Part shown: positions 20,975 through 35,238 of the stretch, piece by piece | Layout: the number at the start of each line of letters is the position of its first letter | How positions within the stretch are numbered: the stretch's first letter is position 1 | DNA from: Camelus dromedarius | Lineage: Eukaryota | Length of the DNA: 64,000 nucleotides | Assembly (NCBI RefSeq): GCF_036321535.1 | Contig: NC_087472.1 | Span: forward strand, 94,862,001-94,926,000 | Reading direction: 5' to 3' | Program-made: the position numbers and the translations under genes | Notes under the pieces: generated by a model | The model's input: only the letters and a program-made list of their open reading frames with translations | What the model was told of the DNA's origin: nothing | The model's database searches: none

Positions 20975-23900
20975 TGCAGTGGCTGGGTTGTATGCTGAGA
21001 ATATGTTTACTGTTGTAAGACTCTGCTAAGCTGTTCTCCCACGTGACTGTACTATTTCTGCATTCCCACCAGCACTAAGTAAGAGTTCATGTGGCTCCAC
21101 ATCCTCTCCAGCATTTGGTCTCATTGGTGCTTTAGATTTTAGCCATTCTTATAGATGTGTAGTTTCATCTCTTTGTTTTAATTTGCATTTCTCTAATGAT
21201 ATATGCTAAGCATCTTTTTGTGTACTTATTTATAGAAAATTGGTATGATTTTTTCCTAATGATTTGATTGAATTTACCATTGAGCCCATTGGGGACTGTT
21301 GTTTTCTGTTTTGGAAGGTTTATTTTATTCATTATTGACTCAATTTCTTTAATAGAGATAGGTCTATTCAGGTATCTGTTTTTCCTTATGTAAGTTGTGG
21401 TAGATTAAGTCTTTCAAGGAATCAATCCATTTCATGCAGGTTATCAAAACTGTGGGCATAGAGTTGTTTATAATATTCCTTTATTATCCTTTTAATGTCC
21501 ATGAAATCATAGTGATGGCATCTCTTTCATTTTTGATATTAGTCATTTGTGTCTTCTTTTTTTTCTTATTTAACCTAGCTGGAGATTTATCAGTTTTACT
21601 GATCTTTCAAAAAATTCGAATTTTGGCCTTGTTTTTTTTAATCTCCTCTGACAATTTCTATCTTTTAATCAGTATATTTAGACTACTGACCTTTAAAGTA
21701 ATTGTTTGTATAGTTGCATTAATATCTACCATATTTGTTACTGTTTTCTGTTTGTTGCCATTGTTCTTTATTTTTTGCCTCTCTTTTGCTATCTTCTTTG
21801 GTTTTAAGTAAGCATTTTATATGATTCCATTTTCTCTCCTCTTTAGCATATCAATTATACTAAATTTGTAACTTTTTTCTTGGATGTCCTAGAGTTGGAA
21901 ATATACATTTGCCACTAATCCAAGTCCACTTTCAAATAATGCACTACCAACTCACAGGTAGTTTCTTATAGTATTGCTGTCATTCATTTTATTTATTCAT
22001 AAGGTATAATCACTGACTGCATTGTTACTGCTATTATTTAGAACACTTACCTGTTGGATCAAATAATAAAAAATAAAATTTTACCTTCATTAATTTCTTT
22101 TCTAACACTCTTCCTGTCTTTAGATAGATCTGAATTTCTGACCTATATAATTTTTCTTCTCTCTGAAGAACTTCTTTTAACATTCTTTTAAGACGTATCT
22201 CAGATTCCATCAGTTTTTGTTTGTCTGAGAAAGTCTTGATTCTCTTTCACTTTGAAGGATAATTTCACTGGATGTAGAATTCTGGGTTGATTTTTTTTTT
22301 AATTTCAACATTTTAAAGCTTTAATTCAACTCTCTTCTTACTTGCATGGTTTGTGAAAAGAAGGCCAGTGTAATTCTTATCTTTGTTTCTCTGTGGGTAA
22401 GGTAGCTTCTTCTCAGGCTTTTTATAAGAACTTCTCTTTTTGTTTGATTTTCTGTAGTTTGAATAGGATATGCTTAAGTGTATATTTTTTGGTGTTAATA
22501 CTGCTTGGCATTCTCTGGGCTTCTTGGCTCTGTGGTTTAGTGTCTGTCATTAATTTTGAAAAATTCTCAGCCATTATTACTTCATATATTTCTTCTGTCC
22601 CTTTTTTTTCCTCCTCTTTCTAGTATTCCCATTATATAAGTATTATGTCTTTTGTCATTAGCCCACAATTCTTGGCTGTTCTCTTCTTTTTCATTCTTTT
22701 CTCTCTATGTATTCTATTTGAAAGTTTCTACTGACATTTTTTCAAGTTCACTGATTTTTTTTTCCCTCAGCCATGTCCAGTCTATTGATGAGCCCATCAA
22801 AGATTTTCTTTGTTTCTCTTAGAGTGTTTTTATATTTCTAGCATTTCTTTTTGATTCTTTCTTAGAGTTTATATCTCTCTGCTTACATTAGACACCTGTT
22901 CTTGCATGTTGTTCACTTTTTTCATCATAGCCCTTAGCATATTAATCATAGCTATTTTAAGTTCCTTGAATGATAATTTCAAAACGTCTGCCATATCTGA
23001 TTCTGGATCTGATGCTTGCTCTGTCTCTGCAAAGTTTCTTTCTTGTCTGTTAATATACCTTGTAATTTTTTGTTGAAAGCCAAATATAATGTATTGGGTA
23101 AAATAAACTGAGGTAAGTTGGCCTTTAATGTAACGTTTTATGTTTTCCTGGCCAGGAGTCAGGCTGTGTTTACTGTTTGCAATAGCTGTAGATGTCAGAG
23201 GCTAAGTTCTTGTTTTTATCCTCTGTTCTTCTTAAATAAGGTGTGACAAGTACAGTTCTTTCAGTTATAATCCTTTGTTATTATACAGGAGCCCTGTAAA
23301 TGTGGGTGGTAAGGTGTGGGGTGAGGGGGGCATTCTGTAATTTGGTAATGAGGTATTAGTGTTTTCAGTGAGCCTGTTCCCCTGCGCTATGACTTCACAA
23401 GTGCGTCTCTGTTTTTTCACCCCTTAGGTAAAATAGAAAGCTGAGAGGACCTATACTTAGGTATTTCCCTCTCCCCTCTTGGAATGCTAGACAGATCTGG
23501 AGTTGGGTATTTCCCTTTCCTCAGATTGTTTAGGCTCTTGTAAAAGCCTAGTCATTTGGGTTCTGGTAAATAGTTTGTCTTTAGGCAGGCCTTGTTATGA
23601 AGAACAGAATATTTGGGGCATTTTTCAAAATGGCTACTTTTTCCTTCCCCCTGCTGGAAGTACAAGGGCATTTTTTTCAGGTCTTTATTTTTCTTTGTGA
23701 GAATCTGGTAAGGCTCCTAGAGGTAAAACTCACAGAAAGTTAAGGGCCCCTATTAGACCTGACCTGCCAAGAATTTTTAACTCTCAAGCTAGTCTACAGT
23801 CAGCCTCCAGCAATCTGCAAATACACTTTAAGTTTTCCTATCCTGGTCCTGGCTGCAGCACTGGTTTCTGCTCCTGGACTTCTGCTGCAGTGAGCTGTGA

Positions 23901-24075
23901 TTCTCTGTACCCACCACTCAGTGTCTCCATTTGAGGGCAGCAGTTAGCCTTGTGACCTCAATTCTCTGAGGGATCTAAGAACAGTGGTCAGTTTTTACTT
24001 TATTCAGCTTATTTCTTGTTGGAAAGATGGGAGTGACAAAGTTTAAGCTCCTTACATGCCAGACTGGAAGCTGGA
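20975..24075 (-). mobile_element. L1MC-like element: 5' UTR/ORF1 and deleted ORF2
   Basis: Antisense L1 motifs, ending in gtgacctcaattctctga.ggatctaagaa...gctccttacatgccagactggaag as recalled for L1MC 5' ends. Same family as 44380-51358. Confidence 0.7.
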
Positions 24076-24229
24076 AGTGGCTAAGAAAAATCCACTTACA
24101 AGCTGCTTCAGTGTGTTTGCCAGCTTTCATTTCCTTTTGTCTATAGGACCTAGAGGGTTTGTTTTTCCCCTATTGCTTGTAGACTAACCTCAGTACCTAA
24201 ACACAGCCTACAATTTCATGCCACTTTGC

Positions 24230-24960
24230 CCTCTCTATAGGCCATTCAAAATGTGGCAGATTCTTTTTCAAGAGCATATCTGTTAGTAAAATGATGTCTT
24301 ATAAAATGTCTGTTATCAGAGGAGTGTTATCTTACCTTTGATATGTAATGTAATGTAATTACTGGAATGACATCCCTGTGCCTTTGTCATAATCTGTTTC
24401 TTAGAATTAAGATACAGGCCTTAGCCACACTTGAGGATATAAGTACCCAAAGGCATGATCACCAGATCTCAAGGGCCCAGTACAATTCTGTCTGCTACAG
24501 TCTGCCTTCTAGCCCACATTGTTTCATGTTGTTACCTTATGCAAAATACTTTTCCCTCTCCCAAGATCCTCAAAAGCCTGATCCTATTACAACATCAGTT
24601 CAAAACTCTGACCTCATCATCTGAATCAGGTCCATCTGCAAATGATGAGACTCTTGGGATGTAGTTGTTAAGTATACCAGCTGGGCACATTACATATTTA
24701 TGTGTGCATCTATAAAACAGAGACAACACATTGGTCCCAACACAACCAGTGTACAATGGTGGGATAGGCATAGGATAACAACTATAGATGTGCCAAACAT
24801 GCCTCTGTCGAAACAGGCATAATGAGAGGTAGAAAAGAATCACTGGACAATAGCACTTCTGAAAACCCATTGAGCAAATGTTGTCTGCACCTTGATTAGA
24901 TATAAAAACCTAAGAGTAATTCTCCCGGCTATCAGCTTCATCCTGTGGGTTTCTGGTTCC
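24230..24960. mobile_element. Old MaLR-like LTR/internal fragment
   Basis: ggagtgttatcttacctttg, ggcatgatcaccag and aatcaggtcca motifs; homologous to ~54965-55170 plus 56650-57195. Confidence 0.4.
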
Positions 24961-26121
24961 AACCACTGTATTATCCCTACTTTTTAGATGAAAGGCAGCC
25001 TATATTTGCAGTTGAGAATGTTAAAAAAAATTACTTTGGAAATAGTCCCCAAATGCAGCAAAAGTAGTCAGAGCAGCTACCTTGCCTCCTTCAGTAGAAA
25101 CATTCTCCCTAGTTTATCCAGGAGTCAAGAGTAACTGCTGAGAGACATTTTTGCACTCCAGGCTATAGTCTGGCGAATATACAACTCATCATCTAGGGTC
25201 TGTCACCTGTTCACCCCTCCCACAATCTTACCAACCACTGTATAGCTAAATTTAAACTTCAGTACCATTGAAGAACTGCATTTTCCCAAATCCTAAACAG
25301 GCTTTTCTCAGGGCATTTATGCTTAATTGCTCTTGCTTAGATTCCTGCCTTCTACTTCCTCCTCTAACTTATCCCTCCAGGCTACCATGATACCCAACCA
25401 ACTTCCAACTGCTCCTATCACAGAAATCCTGGCATCCCCCGAAATAGCATGGTGTTTTCCAAAAAGTAGATAATCAATTAATGTTTAGGGAATGAGTGAG
25501 ACAATGAACATGGTATCCAATTTATTAAAATTTAATTTATCCTACATTCTTGAATAAGCTAAATAAACCCAAGTATGTGTGTCTATGTGTGTATGTATAT
25601 GTGTGTTTAAATTTTTTAGAACATCCATCCTGGACTCTTAAAGGATCCAGGAGTTGAGTGTCTTTCATTTTATTTCTTGAGTACAATTTTTCTGCTGAGT
25701 TCTTTCATATTTCCAAAGAAACACTCAATTGCCACATTATCCTGTTTCAGATCATAAAATAAGATGGAAACTTTCCCAATTTGTTCTGCAAAACAGCACT
25801 GCTCCTACTTTTAAACCTGATACACAGCAATAAATGTGTAATCAAAATAGTGATTCATGAATTTTTTCCTGAAGCTATTTAAATCGTCTATTAAAAGGAA
25901 CAGCATTTAGAAATTAACAAGAAAGGAAAGATTAAGAAATAAGAACAACATTAAGAAAGAATAAAAGGAAGGAAGGAAGGAAAATCTCCAGGTTACCCAG
26001 TAAAACAGGAATATGAAGATGGTATACATTGTGTTCCCTCTTGCCCAATAGCAGCCCTCCACTACTGATAAGGTTGACTGCCCTATTTAACAAAAAAGTA
26101 AGGAACCTGTCTAAGACTTCA

Positions 26122-26990
26122 CTAGGGGAACAAAAAGTTGCTGGATATGACCCTGAAATATGCCCTAGCTACAGCAATAGTGCCAACCCTGGCTGTAACT
26201 CTGTCTTGGGTTCTTTCTTCCTCATCTCATAGACTCTTCATAAAGGGATAGGAAGAAATGGGACCATATCATTGACCTCAGTCAAAGATTTCAGAACTTT
26301 TCTCTTGCTGGTTTCAGTTTGGACTCTGGGACCCCACAGGAATTCATAGCATTGGAAGATCACCGTTGGGAGCTCATGAGTACTCCAGGTACTTTTCCTT
26401 TATCAAATATCTGGTGATGAGCTTTCTGGGTTCTCCATAGATGAAGTGCTTTCTCCCAGCATATATTTACATCATATTCAGGAATTCTCAGATTTCCTCG
26501 TCAATGGTATAGTTGCTGTTCACAAAGGTCATGCCCAGAAAAATCACAGGAGACCAATCTTTGTCAACTACTGCCGGCACTCTAAGTCCCACGGTTGGTG
26601 AGGTCCAGTTTGCTGACAAGGGCATAGAAATGCATAGTTGGGTCAGAATCCTTCATACCAAGGGCAAGGACCAGCTCCCCATATTAGAGGCTCTCCAGAG
26701 AATCACCTGAAATAGTCCTTATACTTTTTTGTTGACATTTTTCAGTGTGTGTATCTTTGTGGTGGGCTCTTTAATTTTATATTTCAGTGAAAGGAGTTAC
26801 ATCAACTAAGCCACTCTCTTGGTTTGAAGGTCTCTGTATGAGTTCTCAGGGACAGGTGGAGCCTGTGAAGTGCTTGGATTTTCATCCTCTTGGTTTTTGG
26901 CACCTTCATCAGTTCTTGAACATGCAGCATCTGCAGCATGTTTCATGCTATTGGTAGTGGATGGGACAATCCAAGAGACCTGGAGAGTGC
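26122..26990 (-). pseudogene. MAGE-B pseudogene, 5' end lost at an L1 fragment
   Basis: Reads LKYKIKEPTTK...FYALVSKLDLT...[17 protein letters not shown]...EFLWGPRVQTETSKRKVL with several stops and frameshifts; no MPRG start. Confidence 0.9.
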
Positions 26991-26994
26991 TACG

Positions 26995-28025
26995 ACAATA
27001 AGGAAAAAACAGTCTAATTAGAAAATGCACAGCAGACTTGCAAGTACATTTCACAAAAAAGGACCCACGAATGGAAAATAGGTAGATATAAATGTGTTCG
27101 ATATGATTATCCATTAAGGAAACGTAAATTTTTACTGCACGTCTACTACATTGTCTAAAATAAAATTTACTGATAATACCAAGTGCTGGTGAGGATTTCA
27201 AACATTGGGATTCCTCATACATTGATGGTAAGAAGGTAAAGTGGTCCAGGATCTCTGGAAATCAATTTGCCAGTTTTTATGAAATTAAACACACATTTAC
27301 CATATGATCAAACAGGCTTTGCCTAGGAATTTGGAGAAAAGAAAACACAAAACATTATAAACAAATGCACAAAGCAGCTTTTGTTGTAGTAGCCCTACAT
27401 TTAAGATAATCCAGTTGTGCTTCAACAGATAAATAGATACCAAACTGAGGTACATCAACATTATGGAATATTACTCAGCAATAAAAAGAGAACTGACTAA
27501 TGAATATGCAACAACCTGAATGGATCATGAGATCATTGTTCTGAGTGAAAAAGCTGACATGAAATTTTAATCTTATATAATATAAAATTCCATTTATTTA
27601 CATTCCATTTATTTATTTACATTCTCAAAATGGCAGAATTATAGTGATGCAGAATAGGTCCATGGTTGTCAGATTTTAAGTTTTGGGGAGAAATGTGACT
27701 CCAAATGGGGAGCATTAGAGACTTTCTGTGTGGCAATGGAACAGTTTGGTATCCTGATTGTGGTAGTGATTGCATGAATCAATGTATGCTAAAAAAATTA
27801 TAAAACTGTAACCACCCCCCTGTCAAATAGATGCATTTTAAAAGTTTGCAATCTGAATTAAATTGCGATTTACTTAATGATATTGTGCCAATATCACTTT
27901 CTGAGTTTTGATGACTGCATTATTCTATGTAAACTGATATCTTAAGTTGAAGCTGGGAAAAGGGTACATGAGAACCCTATTTTTACTTCTTTGTGAGTCT
28001 AAAATTATTTTATATAAAAGAGTTT
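26995..28025 (+). mobile_element. Old L1 3' region
   Basis: ORF2 C-terminal/3' UTR motifs: gataataccaagtgctggtgaggat, atggaatattactcagcaataaaaag, ctgagtgaaaaagc. Confidence 0.7.
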
Positions 28026-29107
28026 AAAATAAATAGGATGACTACAACTCTTGGTACAATTGATAGTGTCCACCAGTGTCCAATTTTTCTCTTTTTATGA
28101 GACAGCATTTCTGAGCCCATTGAAGTTGACTGGGCCACCTGATTAGAATATGCTTCTGATAGAGGCAATGATTTGAAATGAAATGTGGAGAGATACAAAG
28201 GCAGTGGGATATAATACAATTGCTTATGAACGTAGAAGCAGAGATAAGGAGTAATCTATGGTTTGTGATTGGTGGAAAAGTTCAAAGTAGAGGACAGAAA
28301 GGAAAAAATATCTGCTAAATGGAGACTATTACAGCTTTTCCAAAAAACAAAAACAAAACAAAAGATAATACAGGGAAATAATCCAGATTGCTTGCTCCCT
28401 TTATGGTTTAGCCATCTTACTTTGTTGGCATTTGCCAGCAATGGATGCAACACTCTTAGTAACATAGACATCTCATCATTCAACAGTAATGTCTCAAATA
28501 GTAAAATGAGGTTTACATTTTATTACAGATCATGTGAAGACTGTTGGAATGGCTAGTAAAAATCATTTAAAATTTTTTCAAATGTATAAATTCACAGTTA
28601 TTACAATGGTGAAGATTTAGCTTTATGCCTTCATTATCCATAGCCCCCTAACCTTTTTCTAGGATGCAGTTTCCCCATCTGTACAATAAGGGGAATGAAG
28701 ACTCTAGCTTAAGTCCTTTCAGATTCTGAAAACATTTATGAAACTTTATGGTGGGAGGGAGACTCGTCTATCAGAAGAGACACTAAGAACTCTCCCAAGA
28801 TGGGGGAGAATGGGGCTAACATAGGAGGACACAGGAAGAAGAAAATAAAGTAAAAAAAGATTAAATTAGGAGTCTCTTCAAAAGCTCAGCAGAGCAGGAG
28901 AAACATAACACAGGAAGGCAGGTGGGCTAGAAACATACACAGTCCATGCATTCCTCTGAGCCACTGAAACCGGCCAGTCTAGCAGAAAGCTGTGTATCTG
29001 GGATACCTGTGAAACTTCTGCTGTATTCACTGTAAGGACGAGATGAGAACAGTGTATATCAGTTACAGTGTTTCTTATTATGTTTAAGGAACCAAGGGGG
29101 AAATTTT

Positions 29108-29164
29108 TCTGTCTGTCTGTCTGTCTATCTCTCTCTGTCTCTGTCTCTGTCTCTGTCTCTCTCA
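29108..29164. repeat. (CTGT)n/(CTGTCT)n simple repeat
   Basis: Seen directly in the sequence. Confidence 0.8.
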
Positions 29165-30876
29165 CTTCTTGAAGTATGAAAAAGAGCTGTGCTAGTATGG
29201 GCCTTGTAAATTACTTGTCATATTTTTATCTCCTTTTTGCATTGGATGTTAGAAAGGGTAGCACCAAATTTAAGACCCAAACAAATAGAACTACACAACC
29301 AACATTTGGCAGATTACCTCCTTGTTGCCAGTTATACTCTCGTTTAAAAAATATTGTTTTAATCATTCATATTTTAAATTCTTATTATCTTACTGTAAAG
29401 TCTTTTTTATGTAAACATCCTTAAATGCTTCTGGGACTAATGGGGCACAATTATATTCATGAATAAATCAAGTAGTATTATAAAGGGGAAGAGAAAAAGT
29501 ATAAGAAAATGGCATAGAAACATTTTTCAAAGAATAGAGATATAAAAGAGAAATGTAACTTTAGATGGTGTGAGGATCACTATAACTTGATGTTCAGATC
29601 AGAGTAAAATGCAGAAGAGTTAGGAAATTTGCTTGTTGAGAGATGGATGTTCAGGGACACAGAAGCTGAATATCTAATGTCTGTCTGAGAAACTCAGAAA
29701 ACAGAATATTAAGCAGAAGTGGGTTTTGATATCGCTAAAAGTATAAGAAACTCTCCATGTTCAGCAAGGAATGTATAATACAGGAATTGCCGAAAGGGCG
29801 AAAATGACAGAACATATATTATAATCATGTAGAATAATAACAACTGCTTTATGATCCAGCAGTAATGTGTAACTATTTAGAAATAACAATGGGGCAGCAA
29901 ATCATTTAGATCTGCGGCAGAGGCATAAGAAAGAAACAAGATGATAAAAGTGAAAAAAAGAAGGAAGGATTTTTATTTGTGAGGATGAAATGCTGGTTGA
30001 AATATAAAATGGTATTAGGGAAAATACTAGTGTCTATTCATTCTTTTTAACCTTTTTTTGAAGAATGTGAGCACATTTTTTAAAAGGAAAGGGAAAAATA
30101 CTGTGAGAATTGCACTGCACACTAACATGTATTTGTCTTCTATAACGGAAAATCTGCAGAATCACCTTTGGATCAAAAGCACTTGGTAAAACTTAAGGGT
30201 TAATGAGTTACAGAAAGAAGGCCATGGTTCAAAAAACAAAGAGATCAAAAAATGTCCACTGGAGAAGAGAGAATATGATTCCTTTAAAAGGAAAAGAAAA
30301 TACATGGGACAGATAATACTATGGGGAGAAATTACTTGGGCATGAAATAATATGGAGTTATATCAATGTGAGCAAAATCCTTAATGTCTTTGTTATCAGG
30401 ACAATTTATTAATGAAAAGTTTGTAACAGAAAAATGTTGAGATCAGAAAATAAGTATGTGAGAGGTAGCTAACACCTGGGAAGGTAACAGCATTTATAGT
30501 AGAGAAGAATTAAGAAAGTCTTGAATCCCAGGTCCGTTTACATGATATTTACTTTGTGAAAGATACTCACGTGTTAATGTAAGAAACGCTATGTTGAATA
30601 ATAAATGGTCTATGAAGGAAAATTTGTTTTATCTTCCATTGTCCTAGTGAAAATCACTAAGTAAAAAAGGTACATTTTCAGTCACTACTTAGAATTAATG
30701 GCAGCAATGAAAAAAATCACATATTTTTAAATAGCACAATTTCTTTATAAGAGCTTGGACAGCATATAAATACGACATTTATAATACCAAAAGTGATCAG
30801 TGTTATTTCTTGCTGCCAATATTAGTTGTATACAGTCCTCCATATACATATTGAATCCAATTACATCAGGGAGAAT

Positions 30877-30922
30877 TATATATATGTGTGTGTATATATA
30901 TATGTATATATATATATATAAA
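30877..30922. repeat. (TA)n/(TG)n microsatellite
   Basis: Seen directly in the sequence. Confidence 0.8.
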
Positions 30923-31074
30923 TATAATTTCTGCTTTTAAAAATAACTTAGAACTTTTTTCTGGAAGGGGTCCTTTAAGTTGGTTGAATGGCTATAGCCT
31001 AATACTTAGATTTTAATTTTTTTCCCTAATTATGGAAGGAGTAAATAAGCCAGAAGATGTGTGTTTATTTTCTG

Positions 31075-31665
31075 CGTCATGATGGTTAAATTTATGTGTC
31101 AATTCACCTGGCCCATGGGGGTCCATGGTCAAACATTATTCTGGGTGTTTCCATGAGAGTGTTTTTGGATGAGATTATCATTTAAATTGGTAGACTGAGT
31201 AAAGCAGATTGTCCTCCCTAATGTGGGCGCACCTCATACCATCAGTTGGAGGACTGAACAGAACAAAGTCTGACTCTCCCCTGAGTAATAGAGAATTCCT
31301 CCTGCCTGATTGCCTTTGAGATGTGACATTGTTTTTTCCGTGTTGTCAGACTAGAGCAGAAACATAAGCTCTTCCTGGGTTTCAAGCCTGCTGACCTTCA
31401 GACTGGACCCAAACCGTCTGCTCTCCTGTCTCCAGCTTGTCCACACACCCTGAAGATCTTGAGACTTGTCAGCCTTCATAATCATGTGAGCCAATTACTT
31501 ATAATAACTCTTTCTATGTGTGTACATGAACATATATATTTAAATATATTATATAGTATATTCTACATATATAAATCATATTTTATTTCATGTATATATG
31601 TATGTGTGTATATATATATATATATCCTATTGGTTCTGTTTCCCTGGAGAACCCTGACTAATGCA
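31075..31665 (+). mobile_element. MLT2 (ERVL) solo LTR
   Basis: tgatggttaaatttatgtgtcaa...gtagactgagtaaagcagattg...tcctattggttctgtttccctggagaaccctgactaat, classic MLT2 motifs; absent from the second unit (~63585). Confidence 0.85.
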
Positions 31666-32049
31666 AGTATCTAAATCATATTTTGAATATTTATAGTATT
31701 TCATAATTATAAAGGAAATGCATGTGTGTTTTATCAGTATTGGAAAAGATTGAAAGCATAAATAATAAAAATAAGTAATTATGTACCTTTCCACAAGCAG
31801 GAGAGGAACATTGTTGATATTTTGCTCTGAAGGTTTATACTCTCCTACTAATACATAAATGTGTCTCTATAAATATATATATATATATGCACATGCACAT
31901 AATATACACTCACATACGTGTGTGTGTCTCCCATAGTCTTTCCATCCAAATTTTTATTCTAATGTGTTTTAAATGTTGGTTGGCTTGCTATTTGGGGACA
32001 TTTGTATGCCATAAAAATTTAGGTTTTAGATTTGGATTATGCTACGTAT

Positions 32050-32880
32050 GTTTCTGGAGAAGATGGAATGACAGGAAATAGATCTAGCCACATGGCTGAA
32101 ACGAGTAAGAAAACAGACAAAATGACAAAACATATATGACAACCATTTTCAATACATTGGACATCTGACAAGGAAAGACAGTGACTCCTAAGACATGGAA
32201 AACAAATGAGGTGAGCCTAGGATTGCCCCAGCTTACTGCCTGAAGCCCGCAGCCCAGGGACAGGGAGCTCAGGGGAAACCTTGTCACCTTTCAGAGTTCA
32301 GGAGATAAGGCTAGGGTCAGAGGTGGACCAGGGGCTCGAGTTCACTGGACAAAGTAAGTACCAGAGGGAGAGAGCTACACAGAGAGAGAATTCCAGAGTC
32401 CACATAGGGGACTTGCTGCTCCCACCAGAGCAGAAAATCATGTCATGCCCAGGGCATCAGGGAGTACTCAGAAGTGGTTTGTCTCTGTAATGATGCAAGA
32501 TTAGTCCTAGATTTATGCTGCTTTGACAATGTCTAACAAGCCTTAATAGCAAGAATTGGAAAGATCATACTTTTTCTAAGAAATTCACCTGAGTCATAGA
32601 ATAAAGCTCAAGAATATGTATGTTTTGAAAAAAGCAGTGTCTAACACACTTGTGCTGGATAAGTGTGGGCAAGACCAAATATACAATATTTTGCTTCCAG
32701 TCAAAAATTGCCAGGCATGCAAAGAAGCAGGAACATACATCCACTAGGGAGAATAAAAATTAGTAAAAATTGATCTAGAAATGATATGAATGATAGAATG
32801 AGTAGATAATGACATCAAAAGAATAATTTTAACTATATTCTATATGTAAGAAACAAAAGGGAAAATGAAATGTTAGAGAC
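32050..32880 (+). mobile_element. Old L1 5' UTR/ORF1 fragment
   Basis: acattggacatctgacaaggaaagacagtgactcc...aaaaattgccaggcatgcaaagaagcaggaa, L1M 5' motifs. Confidence 0.55.
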
Positions 32881-32889
32881 ATATAAAGT

Positions 32890-33648
32890 GTATAGCATAA
32901 TGTTTCAGTCATACATGTACATATATATATTCCTTTTCATATTCTTTTTCATTATAGGTTACTACAAGATACTGAATATAGTTGCCATGCTATTCAGTAG
33001 AAACCTGTTTATCTATCTTATATATAGTAGTTAGTATCTGCAAATCTCAAACTCCCATTTTATCTCTCCCTATGCCCTTCCCCGCCTGGTAGCCGTGAGT
33101 TTGGTTTCTATGTCTGTGAGTCTGTTTCTGTTTTGTAAATATGTTCATTTGTGTCTTTTTTTTTTTTTTTTAGATTCCACATATGTGATATCATATGGTA
33201 TTTTTCTTTTTCTTTCTAACTTACTTTACTTAGAATGACAATCTCCAGGTCCATCCATGTTGCTGGAAATGGCATTATTTTATTCTTTTTTATGGCCGAG
33301 TAGTATTCCATTGTATAACTATACCACAACTTCTTTATCTAGTCATCTGTCGATGGACATTTAGGTTGTTTCCACGTCTGGTCTATTGTAAATAGTGCTG
33401 CTATGAACATTGGGGTGCAGGTATCTTTTTGAATTAAGGTTCCCTCTGGATATATGCCCAGGAGTGGGATTACTGGATCATAGAGCAAGTCTATTTTTAG
33501 TCTTTTGAGGAATCTCCATACTGTTTTCCATAACGACTGCACCAAACTTTGTTCCCACCAACAGTGTAGGAGGGTTCCCTTTTCTCCACACCCTCTCTAG
33601 CATTTATCGTTTGTGGACTTTTTAATGATGGCCATTCTGACTGGTGTT
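32890..33648 (-). mobile_element. Younger L1 3' end (ORF2 C-terminus plus 3' UTR)
   Basis: ORF 33339-33545 ([28 protein letters not shown]...CTPMFIAALFTI...WKQPKCPSTDD) is the L1 ORF2 C-terminus. Confidence 0.9.
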
Positions 33649-35046
33649 ACTCTGATTATTTTGATCCCAGGCAATACCACCCACACTCTTTGGATTTTTT
33701 TTTTGAAACCAGGACATATCAGAGAATATGTAGCACTCTTGTACAGAGAACACAGAAATAGCCAAAATGCTGCCTAGCATGTAAAACTAAGTACATTTTC
33801 CCATTTGAGGATATGCTATTTAATTTCAGTGTGAGGGAATCTTCCCCAATTAGAGACAACTCAGTGGTTCTAGAATTTGTGACAAGGAGGAACAACTTCC
33901 CTCCCTCCCAGCTGGGTTTCTATCCAAACCACCCCATTTTCATTTATTTCACTACCACCAAAACCCTAGATTAGAGTTTGAAAATGTACACTCAAGATAA
34001 CCTAATTTTAGCACCATTTTAATGGAGTGGGCTCTGGCTCTCCCCATCCAAGGCAGAGTGTGAGCTCAGTGGTTTCTTGACATCTCACTTCAGGGGTTGT
34101 TTCTTAGACATTGCCTAGACGTGATATACATAAAACACTTAGTCTGTGCCCTCTGTTCACTTGAACTGGGACAGGAGCACAGGGCCTCTTCCATTTCTGC
34201 CCCGGGTGGAGATTCCGCTCAGGTTTACCCACCATCCCAAAGAAGCTGTTAAGAGCACTTTTCCATTCCAGTCTTCAGTCTCTCAGCTCTCTGATACACA
34301 ACCTAAGACTTGCCCTTTCCTCATAATTCTTGGAGCGTCACCTAGCCCCTCATTCTGCCTTACCTAAAATGACCTCCCTTTTGAGGACTTGCAGTGGCTC
34401 AGCCCCAAACTGCCTTGCCTGAGGTGACTTACACTTGACTGCTCACACCTGGAACCTCCTCCTCACACCTTCTTTTTAGTTGACCTTTAGGTTTTAGAGT
34501 ATATCTCACCATCCTCCTTACGTGGCAGCAGCCCCTAGACTCTATAATTTTATGAACAGAGGCTCAGTCTTCTTTTTCTTACCATTCCCAATATTCCCAT
34601 GAAGACTTCCAAAGAGCATTTGCTCAACTACTACTTGGGAATTAGACAGACAGTGAGCAGGATCTCTAATATATTATGATTTTATTTCTCCTACATTCTT
34701 GAATAAGCAGAAAAGTCCAGGCATTTTATATATAATTTTAGAAAGATTTTTTAAAAAGATAAGCCAAACCATTAATTTAACACCATTTACTGTTCTATTT
34801 CTTTGCTTTGTGGGATTCCAACTAATTTTCCTATGGAGTTTTTTCACAATTCCATGAAAACCCCTATGCCAATACCATGTTATCTTGTTCTGGATAATAT
34901 AAAATATATAAGTTTTAAAACATTTTTTAATAAATGCCAAAACTCTAACACTTAAACCTAATAAGTAACAATAAAACAGTGATGTTTGTTATTCATGAAC
35001 TTAGATTCTGAGCTTTATGTACCATCTATTAAAAGAAACAGCTGAA

Positions 35047-35102
35047 ACACACGTGTGTGCGCGCGCACACCCACACACGCGCGCGCGCGCACACACACAC
35101 AC
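35047..35102. repeat. Mixed (CA)/(CG)/(TG) alternating purine-pyrimidine repeat
   Basis: cacacgtgtgtgcgcgcgcacacccacacacgcgcgcgcgcacacacacac. Confidence 0.85.
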
Positions 35103-35238
35103 TCCTACAAGTTGCTCATGTTGGACAGGAATGTAAAAAGATAGACATTTTGTTACCTCTGCCCATCTCTGCCTTCCACTACTTAGAAGTTTCACTATTC
35201 TCTTCAAACACAAAGTGAAAAATCTGCCTCACTCTTCA

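Noticed and set aside
21230..24075. Similarity to 47040-51350 as part of the segmental duplication
   Set aside because: The two L1MC-like elements sit at different positions in the collinear backbone and one has its own TSD, so they are independent insertions.
26806..27222. 138-aa ORF fusing L1-antisense sequence to a MAGE N-terminal piece
   Set aside because: TTG start, stops before the MAGE domain, and the downstream domain is disrupted; a chance read-through.
29400..31000. A-rich block shared with 60.7-63.5 kb, considered as a hAT transposase remnant
   Set aside because: No convincing transposase motif or terminal inverted repeats found by eye.
35047..35102. Quasi-palindromic CA/CG repeat as a functional Z-DNA or hairpin element
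   Set aside because: Ordinary compound microsatellite in a pseudogene 3' UTR; no evidence of function.
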